DNA of 64,000 nucleotides from Paludibacteraceae bacterium (GCA_963647215.1 CAVIZK010000006.1:34766-98765), one strand, 5' to 3'. Numbered from the stretch's first letter, positions 37,267-47,885 are shown. Made by a program: numbers and translations. The notes: generated by a model not told the origin, from the sequence alone.

Positions 37267-37764
37267 TTAATATCTTTTGTTTCCGCCACGGCGGCTGTAT
37301 CCACCGTGCTTGGATTCGGTTGCGTGTTTATAGTCTGCCATTTTGGAATCGGAATCTACTTTGAATTTTGCCATCATTTCTTCAAAGGTCATTTCCGAAG
37401 CCGGTTTGGTTTCCTTCTTCTGACCCTGCCATACATTGGGCTTAGGACGCGGTTTTCTTTCCCGCTGTTCTGTATGGCCTTCTCCTTTGGCAGCAGCCTG
37501 ATGTTCCTTGGCGTCCATCAGCTCCTGATTGCCTTCCACCTGCTTTAATGAAAGACTGATTTTTCCGGCATTGTCAATGCCGATGACTTTTACGTTGACC
37601 TCTTGTCCCTTCTCCAAAAAATCCGCAATATCTTTTACAAAATGATTGGATACTTCGGAAATGTGAACCAGGCCCACTTTGTCATTCTCCAAATTGACAA
37701 AGGCGCCGAACTTGGTCAGCCCCGTAACTTTTCCTTTTACAATTGCTCCTACTTCCAAGGCCAT
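37267..37764 (-). CDS. S1 RNA-binding domain protein (YabR/GSP13-like)
   Basis: VGAIVKGKVTGLTKFGAFVNL...GLVHISEV S1 fold with a basic C-terminal tail. Lies next to divIC. Confidence 0.8.
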   Translation of the reverse strand: MALEVGAIVKGKVTGLTKFGAFVNLENDKVGLVHISEVSNHFVKDIADFLEKGQEVNVKVIGIDNAGKISLSLKQVEGNQELMDAKEHQAAAKGEGHTEQRERKPRPKPNVWQGQKKETKPASEMTFEEMMAKFKVDSDSKMADYKHATESKHGGYSRRGGNKRY

Positions 37765-37801
37765 GCAAAAAATTTCCTTCCCCTAGTTGATTTCTTTTAT
37801 A

Positions 37802-38107
37802 TTATTCTCCTGCGCCGGAGCCGGTGTCATAATAAACACTTTCTCCGGGAAGAACATAGCCTAATACATCCCGCGCAACGCGTTCCATATAAGATTCATT
37901 ATCTTCGTTTTCTTTTAGATCCTTCAAATCTTCATTCTGTCCTGAAACTTCTTCCAGTTGTGTCTGCGCTTCCGCCAGTTCCTGTTTCTTTTCTTTGATA
38001 TCCAGTTGCACTGAAACCAGAGAAATAAGAAAATAGCCGATCAGGGCCACCAGGGCAAGCGTCAAAATAAAGCTGAAGCGTCTTTGTTTTTCCCGTTTTG
38101 TAGCCAA
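37802..38107 (-). CDS. Septum formation initiator (DivIC/FtsB family)
   Basis: Short basic N-terminus, one TM segment, coiled coil (DIKEKKQELAEAQTQLEEVSGQNEDLK), then YMERVARDVLGYVLPGE. Confidence 0.7.
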   Translation of the reverse strand: MATKREKQRRFSFILTLALVALIGYFLISLVSVQLDIKEKKQELAEAQTQLEEVSGQNEDLKDLKENEDNESYMERVARDVLGYVLPGESVYYDTGSGAGE

Positions 38108-38201
38108 AACAACCGCCTTTCTTCCCCTTTATCCGGCAGATTTTCAAGTAAAAAAATTATACAATATCTATTTCCCGGATTGCAAGCAAACATGCTGTTT
38201 T

Positions 38202-38450
38202 TTAAGAATCCGACAGCAATTCATACAGGTCTCCCGCCGTTTCTTTGGTGGCGTACTCGGAGACGGTCCGCACCCTGGCTTTCAGAATCCGGTTTCCCAT
38301 ATGAATTTCAATGATATCCCCTTCCTTTACGTCATAAGAAGCTCTTGCAACCTTGTCATTTACCAGGACATGTTTGGCATCACAAAGTTCATTGGCAACC
38401 GTACGGCGTTTTACCAGGCGAGACACTTTTAAATATTTATCCAGTCTCAT
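38202..38450 (-). CDS. S4-domain RNA-binding protein (YabO/Hsp15-like)
   Basis: MRLDKYLKVSRLVKRRTVANELCD...V.VN S4 motif. Trimmed from 38546 to ATG 38450 after AGGAG. Confidence 0.8.
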   Translation of the reverse strand: MRLDKYLKVSRLVKRRTVANELCDAKHVLVNDKVARASYDVKEGDIIEIHMGNRILKARVRTVSEYATKETAGDLYELLSDS

Positions 38451-38561
38451 GTTGACTCCTATCTTCTCTTTTCTTTTGCGAGTTAGCAACGTTCTGTTCC
38501 CCCAGGGGAAGAAAAAGGAGGAGTGGCTTCCACTCCTCCTTTTCATATGCTCAAAATCTGA

Positions 38562-38834
38562 TTATTTAACAGCGTCTTTGAGAGCTTTACCGGCCTTAAA
38601 AGCAGGAAGCTTGGATGCAGGTACCTGCATTGGTTCACCGGTGCGCGGGTTGTGGCCCTGTTTTGCAGCGCGATCACGTACTTCAAAGGTACCGAAACCA
38701 ACAAGCTGAACCTTATCTCCGGCTTTCAGAGCGTCAGTGATGCCTTCGATAACAGCGGCAACTGCTTTTTCTGCGTCTTTCTTTGTGAAGCCGGTAGAAG
38801 CGGCTACAGCATTAACAAGATCAGTTTTATTCAT
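38562..38834 (-). CDS. hup: Nucleoid-associated DNA-binding protein HU
   Basis: [11 protein letters not shown]...[48 protein letters not shown]. Trimmed to ATG 38834 after GGAGGA. Confidence 0.95.
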   Translation of the reverse strand: MNKTDLVNAVAASTGFTKKDAEKAVAAVIEGITDALKAGDKVQLVGFGTFEVRDRAAKQGHNPRTGEPMQVPASKLPAFKAGKALKDAVK

Positions 38835-38906
38835 GTACTTGTCCTCCAAAAAAATAAATTTGTTTCAAACGATTATGAATAAAGTACAGATTACTTCATA
38901 AGCATT

Positions 38907-40694
38907 TTACTTTATCAGTCCGTGCTTTTCAAGTACTTTTGCGATTTTTTGGCCTTTTGGCAGGCCCAGAACATCCTCTTTACTCAGGACATTCAACAAA
39001 AGTACAAAGCCAACCCAGGAAATGACGGCAACAATGGCAGCGATGATGGTTGCATAAGTAAATCCGGCATTTCTGCCCTGCCCCGCACCTTCCGGGAACA
39101 GGCCATAACAGATCTGATACACGCCATAGCAGACCGCAGCTGCAAGGACTCCGGCAAAAGCCGGCTTTAAGAAGGTATCTTTCCAGTTAATCTTTACCTG
39201 GGTTTCTTTCAACAGGGCATGCAGATTCTGCGCAATGACGATGACATAGAACAGAATGGTTCCGACAGGAGCACCCTTCAGGTTGATGACCGGGATACTA
39301 ACCAGAACATAGTTACAGGCAATTTTGGCAATGGATGCCCAAATTAAAGATTTTACCGGTACATCCGTCCGGTTGACTGCCTGTAGCATATTGGTAATTG
39401 GTGTGGAAATAGACAGCAGCAGGGCAAAAATGCCAAATACCTGCACATACGGTGTGGTAATGCTCAGGGATGCTTCTGCCTTGGAGCCAACATAAAAGAT
39501 TTTTAAAATTGGCCCTGCCAAAACAGCCATACAAAGGCCAGCCGGTACAGACAACAGCGTTGCGGTCTTCAGGACCGTGGAAATGGAAGAACGCATTTTG
39601 TCTTTATCTTTCAAAGCAAAGGCGCCGGAAAGAACCGGGATGGCACTTAATCCAAGCGTCATAATAACAGAGGGAACCAGGTTGCGGAAGTCAAATGCAG
39701 TAGCATAAGAGCCATACAAGAATGCGCCAATATCCTCTTTCAGGGTTTCTGACTGGGTAATGGCTGTGGCATACATGTTATAGACGGTGTCAAAGTCTTT
39801 ATCCAGTGCACTGTTCAGACGGTTGTTAATGGTAGAAGAGTCAATTAAGTTGGTAATGTTCAATATTAAGGAGGTGGTCATAACCGGAATGGCAAACTTA
39901 ATAATATGTTTTGCCAAAGAGCGGTCGGTCTCCTGCACATCAGGTGCCTGCAACAGCATATCCTTAGTAATTCCGTCGCCAATCAGCCGGTGGCGGATTT
40001 GCAAATAAATCAGACCAACCACTGTACCTGCTGTAACACCAATAACAGCAGCGGCTGCCGTATACGGCGCCATAATGCTTTCACACTGTGCTACTGTTGT
40101 ACAGGTCTGGCCAAGCACTTTGCCGGTAGCATAGTACTGTTCTGTACCGTAGTTCATAACAGCAGAGGCCAGGAAGATTCCCACACCCATTTTAATTACT
40201 GCTTCAATGACCTGGGAGTATCCGGTCGGCTTCATATTCCGTAAGCCTTCGTAGTAGCCACGGTAAGAAGACATCATGCAGCAAAACAGGATTGCCGGTG
40301 CCAGTAAGAACAAGCAGGGTAACAGGTTTTCATAGTTCTTAACATAAGATTCATACGGGATTGCCAGGCCGCACATCAAAAGAGTTCCGAAAACACCGGT
40401 GGCAAAATAAAGCCGCCGTGCTACCTTCCGTATTTGCCGCACGTCTTTGTAATGACCCTGGGCAAAGTGTTCTGATACCAGTTTGGAAACCGCAACCGGT
40501 AAGCCTGCCATAGAAATGGCATAAAGCGGTGTGTACAGCTCATAGGTAACGTTGAAATAACCCCGGCCGACGGTACCAATGATAGCCGTCAGCGGAATCT
40601 TGTAGAACAAATTAATTAAGTGGACAATTACCGTAGTAATCATCAGAATGGCAGCGCCGCCCAATAAGGACTGTGTCTTTTTCTTTTCTTTCAC
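38907..40694 (-). CDS. MOP-superfamily polysaccharide/lipid II flippase (SpoVB/MurJ-like)
   Basis: 595 aa, about 14 TM segments, with the N-terminus LLGGAAILMITTVIVHLINLFYKIPL typical of this family. GTG start after AAGGAG. Confidence 0.75.
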   Translation of the reverse strand: MKEKKKTQSLLGGAAILMITTVIVHLINLFYKIPLTAIIGTVGRGYFNVTYELYTPLYAISMAGLPVAVSKLVSEHFAQGHYKDVRQIRKVARRLYFATGVFGTLLMCGLAIPYESYVKNYENLLPCLFLLAPAILFCCMMSSYRGYYEGLRNMKPTGYSQVIEAVIKMGVGIFLASAVMNYGTEQYYATGKVLGQTCTTVAQCESIMAPYTAAAAVIGVTAGTVVGLIYLQIRHRLIGDGITKDMLLQAPDVQETDRSLAKHIIKFAIPVMTTSLILNITNLIDSSTINNRLNSALDKDFDTVYNMYATAITQSETLKEDIGAFLYGSYATAFDFRNLVPSVIMTLGLSAIPVLSGAFALKDKDKMRSSISTVLKTATLLSVPAGLCMAVLAGPILKIFYVGSKAEASLSITTPYVQVFGIFALLLSISTPITNMLQAVNRTDVPVKSLIWASIAKIACNYVLVSIPVINLKGAPVGTILFYVIVIAQNLHALLKETQVKINWKDTFLKPAFAGVLAAAVCYGVYQICYGLFPEGAGQGRNAGFTYATIIAAIVAVISWVGFVLLLNVLSKEDVLGLPKGQKIAKVLEKHGLIK

Positions 40695-40706
40695 GCTGAG
40701 CTCCTT

Positions 40707-42179
40707 CTACTTGTGATGATACTGTAACAGGAAGCGGGAAAGCTCCTCTTTCTGCTCTTGTAACTTTTCAAACCGTGTATTGTACTCATACGGATATTTG
40801 AAATGAAACAGACGGGAAATGGCATTGGTATCCGGTACCTTCAGCTTGGTAACGGCCCCTGCACCGCAGGAAAGAATACTATGACATTCCTCCATCATGT
40901 AAATGTTGTAGTAACATTCATGACCCGGTTTGCACCAACCCACATTCTCCAGATTTCCGACAGAGCGGGTTTGGCGGTATAGATAATACGGCAGATGCCC
41001 GGCAGAACGCAACTGTTTTTCTGCCGTATGCAACATTTTTGCAGTATCTTTTCCTCTGGAAAACAATTCTTCCGTCGGTACCAGGTTAGAAGACCGTTTA
41101 TAGGCAAGGGTGTGGACTGTAACAGACTCCGGGTCCAATGCCAGGACAGCGTTCAGGGAACGCTCAAAATTTTCCGGCGTATCCCCTTCTAAGCCGGCAA
41201 TCAGGTCCATATTGATATCCTGGAATCCTGCACTACGGGCCTCCCGGAAGCAGTCTTCAATATCCTGAACCGTATGATCCCGTCCAATGCTTTGCAAAAT
41301 AGAGTCGGTCATGGTTTGGGGATTAATACTGACTCTGGTTACGCCACCCTGCCGGATAGCCTGCCATTTTGCAAGGTTCATGGTATCCGGCCGGCCGGCT
41401 TCAAAGGTAAACTCCCGTGTCTGGGAAAGATCAAATTCTGATTGAATGGTGCCAAGCAAAGCAGTAATCTGCTCCGCCGACAAGGTAGACGGGGTACCGC
41501 CTCCAATATAAACCGATTCCAGATGCAGATTGCTGTTCCGTACCAATTCTGCCGTCTGTTGCAGCTCTTTTAATAACAGATCAACATAAACCGGAAGTAG
41601 TTTCTTTGCACCGGGTGACGAAATAGAGTGAGATACAAAAGAGCAATAAGAGCAGCGGTTTGGACAAAATGGAATGGAAACGTAAAGGCTGTAGGAATTC
41701 GGCGTAGATGTTGCCAGAATCCGTTCTTCTGCTTCTGATACCTGATAAACCAGCTCTGCTTTTTCCGGGCTAACCAGTAAGTCCTTCCGAAAATGCTCCT
41801 TCGCGGCTTCTGCGCCGGACTGCGCCATATAAGCGGTCATCAGCTTGGAAGGCCGCACCCCGGTCAAAATCCCCCAGGGCGGCGTGATACCGGTTAATTC
41901 TGACAAGGCACGATACAGCACCCTTCCGGCCAGAATTTCTGTGGATTCTGTGAAAGAACCCACTTCCTCCTGCTGCACGGTGACGCCATTTCGTTCCGCT
42001 TGAATTTGAATCTTTTGCGATCCAGCTTCTTCCGTTCTACAAACCGTAATAACACCATTCACATCGGTATCTGCATAAGGCGCTTCTTCGTGAATTTGAA
42101 ACTTTTCTTCCGGAAAGAAGGCCATGCTGAGCTTTTCTATTTCATACCGAAGCGGACAATGAATCAGGTTGATTACCAT
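40707..42179 (-). CDS. HemN-like radical SAM protein (coproporphyrinogen dehydrogenase HemZ-type)
   Basis: Radical SAM cluster motif CPNRCSYC, then GGGTPS and the HemN C-terminal-like region. 490 aa. Confidence 0.8.
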   Translation of the reverse strand: MVINLIHCPLRYEIEKLSMAFFPEEKFQIHEEAPYADTDVNGVITVCRTEEAGSQKIQIQAERNGVTVQQEEVGSFTESTEILAGRVLYRALSELTGITPPWGILTGVRPSKLMTAYMAQSGAEAAKEHFRKDLLVSPEKAELVYQVSEAEERILATSTPNSYSLYVSIPFCPNRCSYCSFVSHSISSPGAKKLLPVYVDLLLKELQQTAELVRNSNLHLESVYIGGGTPSTLSAEQITALLGTIQSEFDLSQTREFTFEAGRPDTMNLAKWQAIRQGGVTRVSINPQTMTDSILQSIGRDHTVQDIEDCFREARSAGFQDINMDLIAGLEGDTPENFERSLNAVLALDPESVTVHTLAYKRSSNLVPTEELFSRGKDTAKMLHTAEKQLRSAGHLPYYLYRQTRSVGNLENVGWCKPGHECYYNIYMMEECHSILSCGAGAVTKLKVPDTNAISRLFHFKYPYEYNTRFEKLQEQKEELSRFLLQYHHK

Positions 42180-42802
42180 GTCATTCTCCTCATCATGCGG
42201 TTGTGAGTCCGTTCAAAATCCAGGCTGGTACTTGGACCATGTCCGGGGAATACTTTGTAGTCTCCTTCCAGACTGCCCAGTTTATATAAAGAAGCACGCA
42301 TATCATCTAGGTTGCCACTATAAAAATCTGTTCGGCCATATGTCTTAAAGAACAAAGTATCTCCGGAAAACATAACCTGATCCAGCAAGAAGCAAAGACT
42401 TCCTTTTGTATGACCGGGCGTGGCAATAACAGTAATTTCTTTTCCGGCAAACGGAATCCTGTCCCCTTCTCCGACGGTTTGGTCAGCCGGAACCGGGGTC
42501 TGTTCTGACGGATTGGCACCGGAATATTTGGCATCCGTCAGATAGACGGCATCCGGTTCAGAAATGATGATTTTGGCATCCGGGAACTGTTCCTTCAAAA
42601 AGGCAACGCCAAGAATATGATCATAGTGACCGTGGGTCAGCAGAATATACTTTAATTCCTTCATGCCCATGTCCCGTAGGGCTGACACAAATTCCGGAGA
42701 AGGGGTTCCGGGGTCTACTACCAGAGCCTGACCCGAGGTTTCCTCTACTACCAGATAACAATTTTCTTCCAGTGCACCGTTAACTATGGTTTTTAATTTC
42801 AA
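42173..42802 (-). CDS. MBL-fold metallo-hydrolase (glyoxalase II-like)
   Basis: THGHYDH metal motif, PGHTKGS and GHG. Trimmed to TTG 42802 after AAAGGAGG, which removes the overlap with dtd. Confidence 0.8.
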   Translation of the reverse strand: MKLKTIVNGALEENCYLVVEETSGQALVVDPGTPSPEFVSALRDMGMKELKYILLTHGHYDHILGVAFLKEQFPDAKIIISEPDAVYLTDAKYSGANPSEQTPVPADQTVGEGDRIPFAGKEITVIATPGHTKGSLCFLLDQVMFSGDTLFFKTYGRTDFYSGNLDDMRASLYKLGSLEGDYKVFPGHGPSTSLDFERTHNRMMRRMTW

Positions 42803-42821
42803 AATAGGTGCCTCCTTTGAC

Positions 42822-43286
42822 TTATGCTTTTCTTGGAATCCACTGTGTTGTGTCATACACAATGGTAACCGGTCCGTCATTCAGTAAACGAACCTTCATA
42901 TCGGCACCGAAGATGCCGTGTTTTACTTCCTTTATCCCGTTTGCCTGCAGCTGTTCCATGAAATATTCATAAAGCGGGACGGCCTGATCCGGCCGTGCAG
43001 CCTGGATAAAGGAAGGACGATTTCCTTTCTTGGTATCTGCCAGAAGCGTAAACTGGGAAATAACCAGACAGGCATAATTCAGATCCAGCAAAGATAAGTT
43101 CATCTTTTCGTCTGCATCTTCGAAAATGCGCAAATTGGCTACTTTTTTGGCTAAGATTTCGGCATCTTCCTTGCTGTCCCCTTCATGGACACCCAGCAAA
43201 ATCAGAAAGCCGTTCTGGATTTCAGAAACAACTTCGTTTTCTACGGTAACGGAAGCTTCCGTTACCCGTTGGATGACTGCTTTCAA
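42822..43286 (-). CDS. dtd: D-aminoacyl-tRNA deacylase
   Basis: AVIQRV...LLGV...SQFTL...GNRPSF...GIFGADMKV..NDGPVT signature. TTG start after GGAGGA. Confidence 0.9.
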   Translation of the reverse strand: MKAVIQRVTEASVTVENEVVSEIQNGFLILLGVHEGDSKEDAEILAKKVANLRIFEDADEKMNLSLLDLNYACLVISQFTLLADTKKGNRPSFIQAARPDQAVPLYEYFMEQLQANGIKEVKHGIFGADMKVRLLNDGPVTIVYDTTQWIPRKA

Positions 43287-43298
43287 CTTTGGTCCTCC

Positions 43299-45605
43299 TT
43301 AAATACCGGTTCGTTCTACATCTATGACACTATCCAGCTTCCGCAGATGCCGGATAACCGTGTTCAGATGATCTGCCCCATTTACACTAACGGTAATGGT
43401 CAGCAAAATATTGCCGCCTTTGGCAGGTGTAGAAGAAATCCGTTGAATGTAAACATGCATGGATGCAAGGTCTGTGGAAATATCCGCCAACAGTCCGATT
43501 TTGTCCAGACAGAAAATATTAATGGTAGCGTTAAAGGTTTCTTTGACATTCTCTGCCCAACGAACCGCAACCCAGCGTTCCGGTTCTGCAGCCGTTTCCA
43601 AGTCCTTTGGTACGTTGGTACAATCCCGTTTGTGAACGGAAACCCCGTGTCCTCTGGTAATGAACCCAATAATTTCATCTCCGGGAAGCGGATTACAGCA
43701 ACGGGACAGTTTGACAAGGCAGTTTTCAATGCCGTCTACAATAACACCTTCACTGCTGGCGTGATGCTGCGGCTGCTGAACTGCTTCTTTGGAGCCATTC
43801 CCCGGCAGTTCCTTGTTGGCCTTAACAATCTTACTGTACTCTTCACGGATAAACGGCATAACGCTATCCATGGTAATGCTTCCGTATCCGATGGCAGCGT
43901 AAAAATCATCTGTCTGTTCAAAGGATTTCTTTTCCGTCAGGGAAGCAATCAAACTGGCATACTCGTCTTCCGAGAAATGCATCCGGTTCCGGCGAATGGT
44001 TTTTTCCAGTTCAATCCGGCCCTCTTCAATGTTCTCTTCCCGCCGCTCTTTCTTAAACCAGGAGCGGATTTTGGTTCGGGCACCGCTGGTCTTGACAATT
44101 TTCAGCCAGTCACGGGACGGTCCCTTATTGGGATCCGGAGAGCGTAGGATTTCCACAATCTCACCGGTTTTCACCTGGTAATCCAGTGGTACAATCCGGC
44201 CATCTACTTTGGCACCAATCATGCGGTGGCCGACCTGGGTATGAATGGCATAGGCAAAGTCAATTACGGTAGACCCCGCCGGAATATTAATGACGTCTCC
44301 TTTGGGAGTGAAAACAAATACATCGTCCGGGACAAAGTCATTCTTGATGGTTTTTACAATTTCTTCTACGTCATCCGCATCTTTCTGGTTTTCCAGCAAC
44401 CGGCGAATCCAGACAATCTGCTCTTCAAAACGGGAGCTGCCGGATTTGTCACCCAGTTTATACTTCCAGTGCGCAGCAATACCATATTCCGCCGTCTGGT
44501 GCATTTCCCTGGTTCGGATTTGCACTTCAAAGGGAATGCCGCCCTCCGAAATAACGGTGGTGTGCAAAGACTGGTACATGTTGGATTTTGGCGTGGAAAT
44601 ATAGTCCTTAAACCGTCCCGGCAGAGAGTGATACATGTCATGAATAATGCCAAGGCAGTTATAACAATCCGCTACCGTATCCACAATAATGCGGCAGGCG
44701 TAGACATCATAAATTTCATTGAATTCCTTGTTTTGCAGGAACATCTTACGGTAAATTCCGTAAATGGACTTCCGTCTTCCGTAGATTTCTGCCTTCGGGA
44801 AGGTCTGATGAATGCGTTCGGAAATCCGCTCCAAAGTATCATCAATCAGGTCCGGATGAGCTTCTTCTTCTTCCTTTAACAAGTTTTGGATCATGTCATA
44901 GCCGTAGCGGTCAAGGTAACGAATGGCAAGATCTTCCAGTTGCTCTTTAATGGAGCTGATTCCCAATCTGTGCGCAATGGGCGCGTAAATTTCAATGGTT
45001 TCCAGTGCCTTATCAATTTGCTTTTGCGGACGCATGTATTCCAGCGTGCGCATATTGTGCAGGCGGTCTGCCAGCTTAATGATAATGACACGGATGTCCT
45101 GGGACATGGCAATCAGCATTTTGCGGATATTCTCCGCCTGACGCTCTTCCCATGTAGCAGTTGGTACCTTACCTAATTTTGTAACACCGTCTACCAGATT
45201 GGCTACATCTTTTCCAAAGGTGTCTTCAATATCCTGTAAAGTGATATCGGTGTCTTCTACTACATCGTGCAGTAAGGCGGCAATCAGGGACTCGTGGTCC
45301 ATCCCAAGATCAAACAGGATACGGGCAACGGCAACCGGGTGCATAATGTAAGGCTCGCCGGAAAAGCGGATTTGTCCTGCATGCGCCTTGGACGCCATGG
45401 AATAGGCCTTTTCCATTAAGGCAATTTCGTCTGGGTCATACTGTGTCGGCAATAACGCGCGCAGTTCGGAAAAGCCATCATCTTCATGGGCCGGATTAAC
45501 GGATTGGTTAGCCGGTGCCTTCTGTGGCTTTTCATCCTGATGTGTGACTTCATGCGCTACTTCCTGTTGTGTCATTGCTCTTCCTTCGGATTTCAATTCT
45601 GACAT
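43299..45605 (-). CDS. relA: Bifunctional (p)ppGpp synthetase/hydrolase RelA/SpoT (Rel)
   Basis: HD domain (HPVAVA...LHDVVEDT), synthetase block (YQSLHTTV, EVQIRT..MH), and TGS and ACT regions. 768 aa. Confidence 0.95.
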   Translation of the reverse strand: MSELKSEGRAMTQQEVAHEVTHQDEKPQKAPANQSVNPAHEDDGFSELRALLPTQYDPDEIALMEKAYSMASKAHAGQIRFSGEPYIMHPVAVARILFDLGMDHESLIAALLHDVVEDTDITLQDIEDTFGKDVANLVDGVTKLGKVPTATWEERQAENIRKMLIAMSQDIRVIIIKLADRLHNMRTLEYMRPQKQIDKALETIEIYAPIAHRLGISSIKEQLEDLAIRYLDRYGYDMIQNLLKEEEEAHPDLIDDTLERISERIHQTFPKAEIYGRRKSIYGIYRKMFLQNKEFNEIYDVYACRIIVDTVADCYNCLGIIHDMYHSLPGRFKDYISTPKSNMYQSLHTTVISEGGIPFEVQIRTREMHQTAEYGIAAHWKYKLGDKSGSSRFEEQIVWIRRLLENQKDADDVEEIVKTIKNDFVPDDVFVFTPKGDVINIPAGSTVIDFAYAIHTQVGHRMIGAKVDGRIVPLDYQVKTGEIVEILRSPDPNKGPSRDWLKIVKTSGARTKIRSWFKKERREENIEEGRIELEKTIRRNRMHFSEDEYASLIASLTEKKSFEQTDDFYAAIGYGSITMDSVMPFIREEYSKIVKANKELPGNGSKEAVQQPQHHASSEGVIVDGIENCLVKLSRCCNPLPGDEIIGFITRGHGVSVHKRDCTNVPKDLETAAEPERWVAVRWAENVKETFNATINIFCLDKIGLLADISTDLASMHVYIQRISSTPAKGGNILLTITVSVNGADHLNTVIRHLRKLDSVIDVERTGI

Positions 45606-45625
45606 GATATCACCTCCTCTTTCGG

Positions 45626-47662
45626 TTATAAGTATTGCCGGATCTGCTGTAGAATGGGCGCGGTTTGCAAATCTACCTTTTCCGTAGCGGCAGGAACGGT
45701 CAGCAAACCCTGTTCATTCAGTTCCAACAAATGTAATTCCTTCATGGCCATTAATGCCACTCTGGTTTTACACAAATTGTTCTCCGGCACATTGGTTTTG
45801 TAATATAAGAATTCATACGCCTGGGTGTCATATGGGACCCCTTGCTTCAGGAACGTATAAAGACTTGCAAAAATGCTTCGGTCCGGCAAAGCATAAGCGG
45901 CTTGTTCCGCAGACAAGGCAGTTTTGGCCCGGATGCGGTCAAAGATGGCTTCGCCTTTTACCATAAGCCGGTCGTCGGCCCCGGCAGGCCGGATATCCTG
46001 GACAATAACGGACACGGATTCCGTGCCGTTATATGAGTTCCGGCTAAGGGTACAAACCAGGTCCACCTTATCCCCTTTTCCATACGGGAAATGGGGATCC
46101 GAGAAGCGGACAACGGAAATTCCGGCTGTATGATTTTCCTTGTGCACCTGTAAACGGATGTGCTGTCCGCTGTCTCCCATGTGGCGGACCTGTTCAACAA
46201 CCACATTAAACAGGCCGAAGACCGGACTGGGATTGTCCGTGCCAAAGGGCTCCAGCAATTCTATGGAATCCAGCAGGCGAAGCTGGACCGCTTCCGGCAA
46301 CAGCTTACAGTCTATCCGCAGCTTCGGAAAAACCGGATCCTGTTGATAGGCAAATTGGTTAATGGCATTGATAAAATCCGGTAATGCGTTTTCTGACACG
46401 GTCATGCCGGCAGCCAGTTCATGGCCGCCATAGGCCAGCAGGTATTTGTTACAGGCTTTTAAGGCGTGATAAATATGGAAGCCTTCTACACTGCGGCAGG
46501 AACCTTTATAGGTATCTCCTTTTTTGGTCAGGATAATAACCGGGCGCAGATATCTGGCTAAAAGCTTGGAAGCTACAATGCCAAGCACCCCTTCGTGCCA
46601 GTCTTCCCCGTAAACTACAAGGACAGGCAGGTGCGGAACGGTTGGATGGTCTTTCAGCCAGGCAACGGATTCCCTGTAAATTTTCTGTTCCGCTTCGTGG
46701 CGGCGGGTATTCAGTTCTTCTAATTGCTCTGCCATTTCCAATGCTGCCTGGGAATCCTCTGCCAGCAGAAGATCCAACGCCTGTTCCGCACTTTCCATGC
46801 GGCCTGCGGCATTAATGCGCGGCGCCAGGCCAAAGGAAATATTCTGGGAGGTCAGTGTTTTTCCGGCCAGTCCGCACTTGTCTACCAGTGCGGAAACGCC
46901 GGGGCGCGGATCCGCGTTTAATGCGTCCAGGCCAAGCTTTACCAGTTTGCGGTTTTCTCCGGTCAGCGGCACTAAGTCTGCCACCGTTCCTATGGCTACA
47001 AGGTCTATATAATTGGCAATGACGCTGTCCTGGCTGCCTTCCATGGCACAGGCCAGTTTAAAGGCAACACCAACGCCACAGTGGTCTTCAAAGGGGCATT
47101 CTGAATCTGCTCTGTGTGGATCTACTACGGCAACACAGTCAGGAAGTACCTCGCCGGGAAGGTGGTGATCCGTAACAATCAGCTCCATGCCCTTTTCCCG
47201 GATATACTTTGCTTCTTCTGTGGCTGCAATGCCGTTGTCTACGGTAATAATCAGGCGGGTATCCATGGCCTGCATGCGGTCAATGACGCCACGGCTGAGG
47301 CCGTATCCATCGGTTTCCCGATCCGGCAGCAGATAAACCACATCCGCCCCCTGCGCTTCCAGGTAAGAATACAGCAGGGCTGTGGAGGTAACACCATCTG
47401 CGTCATAGTCTCCAAAGACGCAAATGCGCTCTTCGGAAAAAATGGCTTCGTCTATGCGATTTACTGCTACCTGCATATCCGGCAGCAAAAACGGATTGAT
47501 TAATTCTTCAGAAGAATCAAAGAACGCATCCAGCTGTTCTTTGGTTTTCATACCCCGTTGGGAAAGCAGTAAAGCAGCAAACGGATCCAGGGAATACGTT
47601 TCGGAAATTTGTGCTGCCAAATCCTTATCCGGATTGCCTAAACTCCAAATTTTTCGGCCCAT
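45626..47662 (-). CDS. recJ: Single-stranded-DNA-specific exonuclease RecJ
   Basis: DHH motifs (GDYDADGVTS, ITVDNG, VTDHH) and DHHA1 (GGHELAAG). Confidence 0.95.
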   Translation of the reverse strand: MGRKIWSLGNPDKDLAAQISETYSLDPFAALLLSQRGMKTKEQLDAFFDSSEELINPFLLPDMQVAVNRIDEAIFSEERICVFGDYDADGVTSTALLYSYLEAQGADVVYLLPDRETDGYGLSRGVIDRMQAMDTRLIITVDNGIAATEEAKYIREKGMELIVTDHHLPGEVLPDCVAVVDPHRADSECPFEDHCGVGVAFKLACAMEGSQDSVIANYIDLVAIGTVADLVPLTGENRKLVKLGLDALNADPRPGVSALVDKCGLAGKTLTSQNISFGLAPRINAAGRMESAEQALDLLLAEDSQAALEMAEQLEELNTRRHEAEQKIYRESVAWLKDHPTVPHLPVLVVYGEDWHEGVLGIVASKLLARYLRPVIILTKKGDTYKGSCRSVEGFHIYHALKACNKYLLAYGGHELAAGMTVSENALPDFINAINQFAYQQDPVFPKLRIDCKLLPEAVQLRLLDSIELLEPFGTDNPSPVFGLFNVVVEQVRHMGDSGQHIRLQVHKENHTAGISVVRFSDPHFPYGKGDKVDLVCTLSRNSYNGTESVSVIVQDIRPAGADDRLMVKGEAIFDRIRAKTALSAEQAAYALPDRSIFASLYTFLKQGVPYDTQAYEFLYYKTNVPENNLCKTRVALMAMKELHLLELNEQGLLTVPAATEKVDLQTAPILQQIRQYL

Positions 47663-47714
47663 ATTCCCACCTCCTTAAAACCCAATTATTTTACCATAAA
47701 AAGCCGATAAATAA

Positions 47715-47748
47715 AACAAAAAAGGCTCTGAGAAAAACCTCAGAACCT
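47715..47748 (-). terminator. Intrinsic terminator downstream of tRNA-Ala
   Basis: Minus-strand hairpin GGTTCTGAGG-ttttt-CTCAGAGCC followed by TTTTTTG. Confidence 0.6.
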
Positions 47749-47754
47749 TTTGCG

Positions 47755-47830
<76 letters not shown>

Positions 47831-47844
47831 GTAAGCACTTGCTT

Positions 47845-47873
47845 ATATTACCATATGGTTTTCGTAATTGCAA
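47845..47873 (-). promoter_or_regulatory. Putative promoter of the tRNA-Ala gene
   Basis: On the minus strand: TTGCAA, 17-nt spacer, extended -10 TGgTAATAT, ending 14 nt before the tRNA 5' end. Confidence 0.5.
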
Positions 47874-47885
47874 GACCTAGTTTTC

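Noticed and set aside
43185-44147. 320-aa + strand ORF, plus 44226-44879
   Set aside because: Both are antisense to relA, so I treat them as shadow ORFs.
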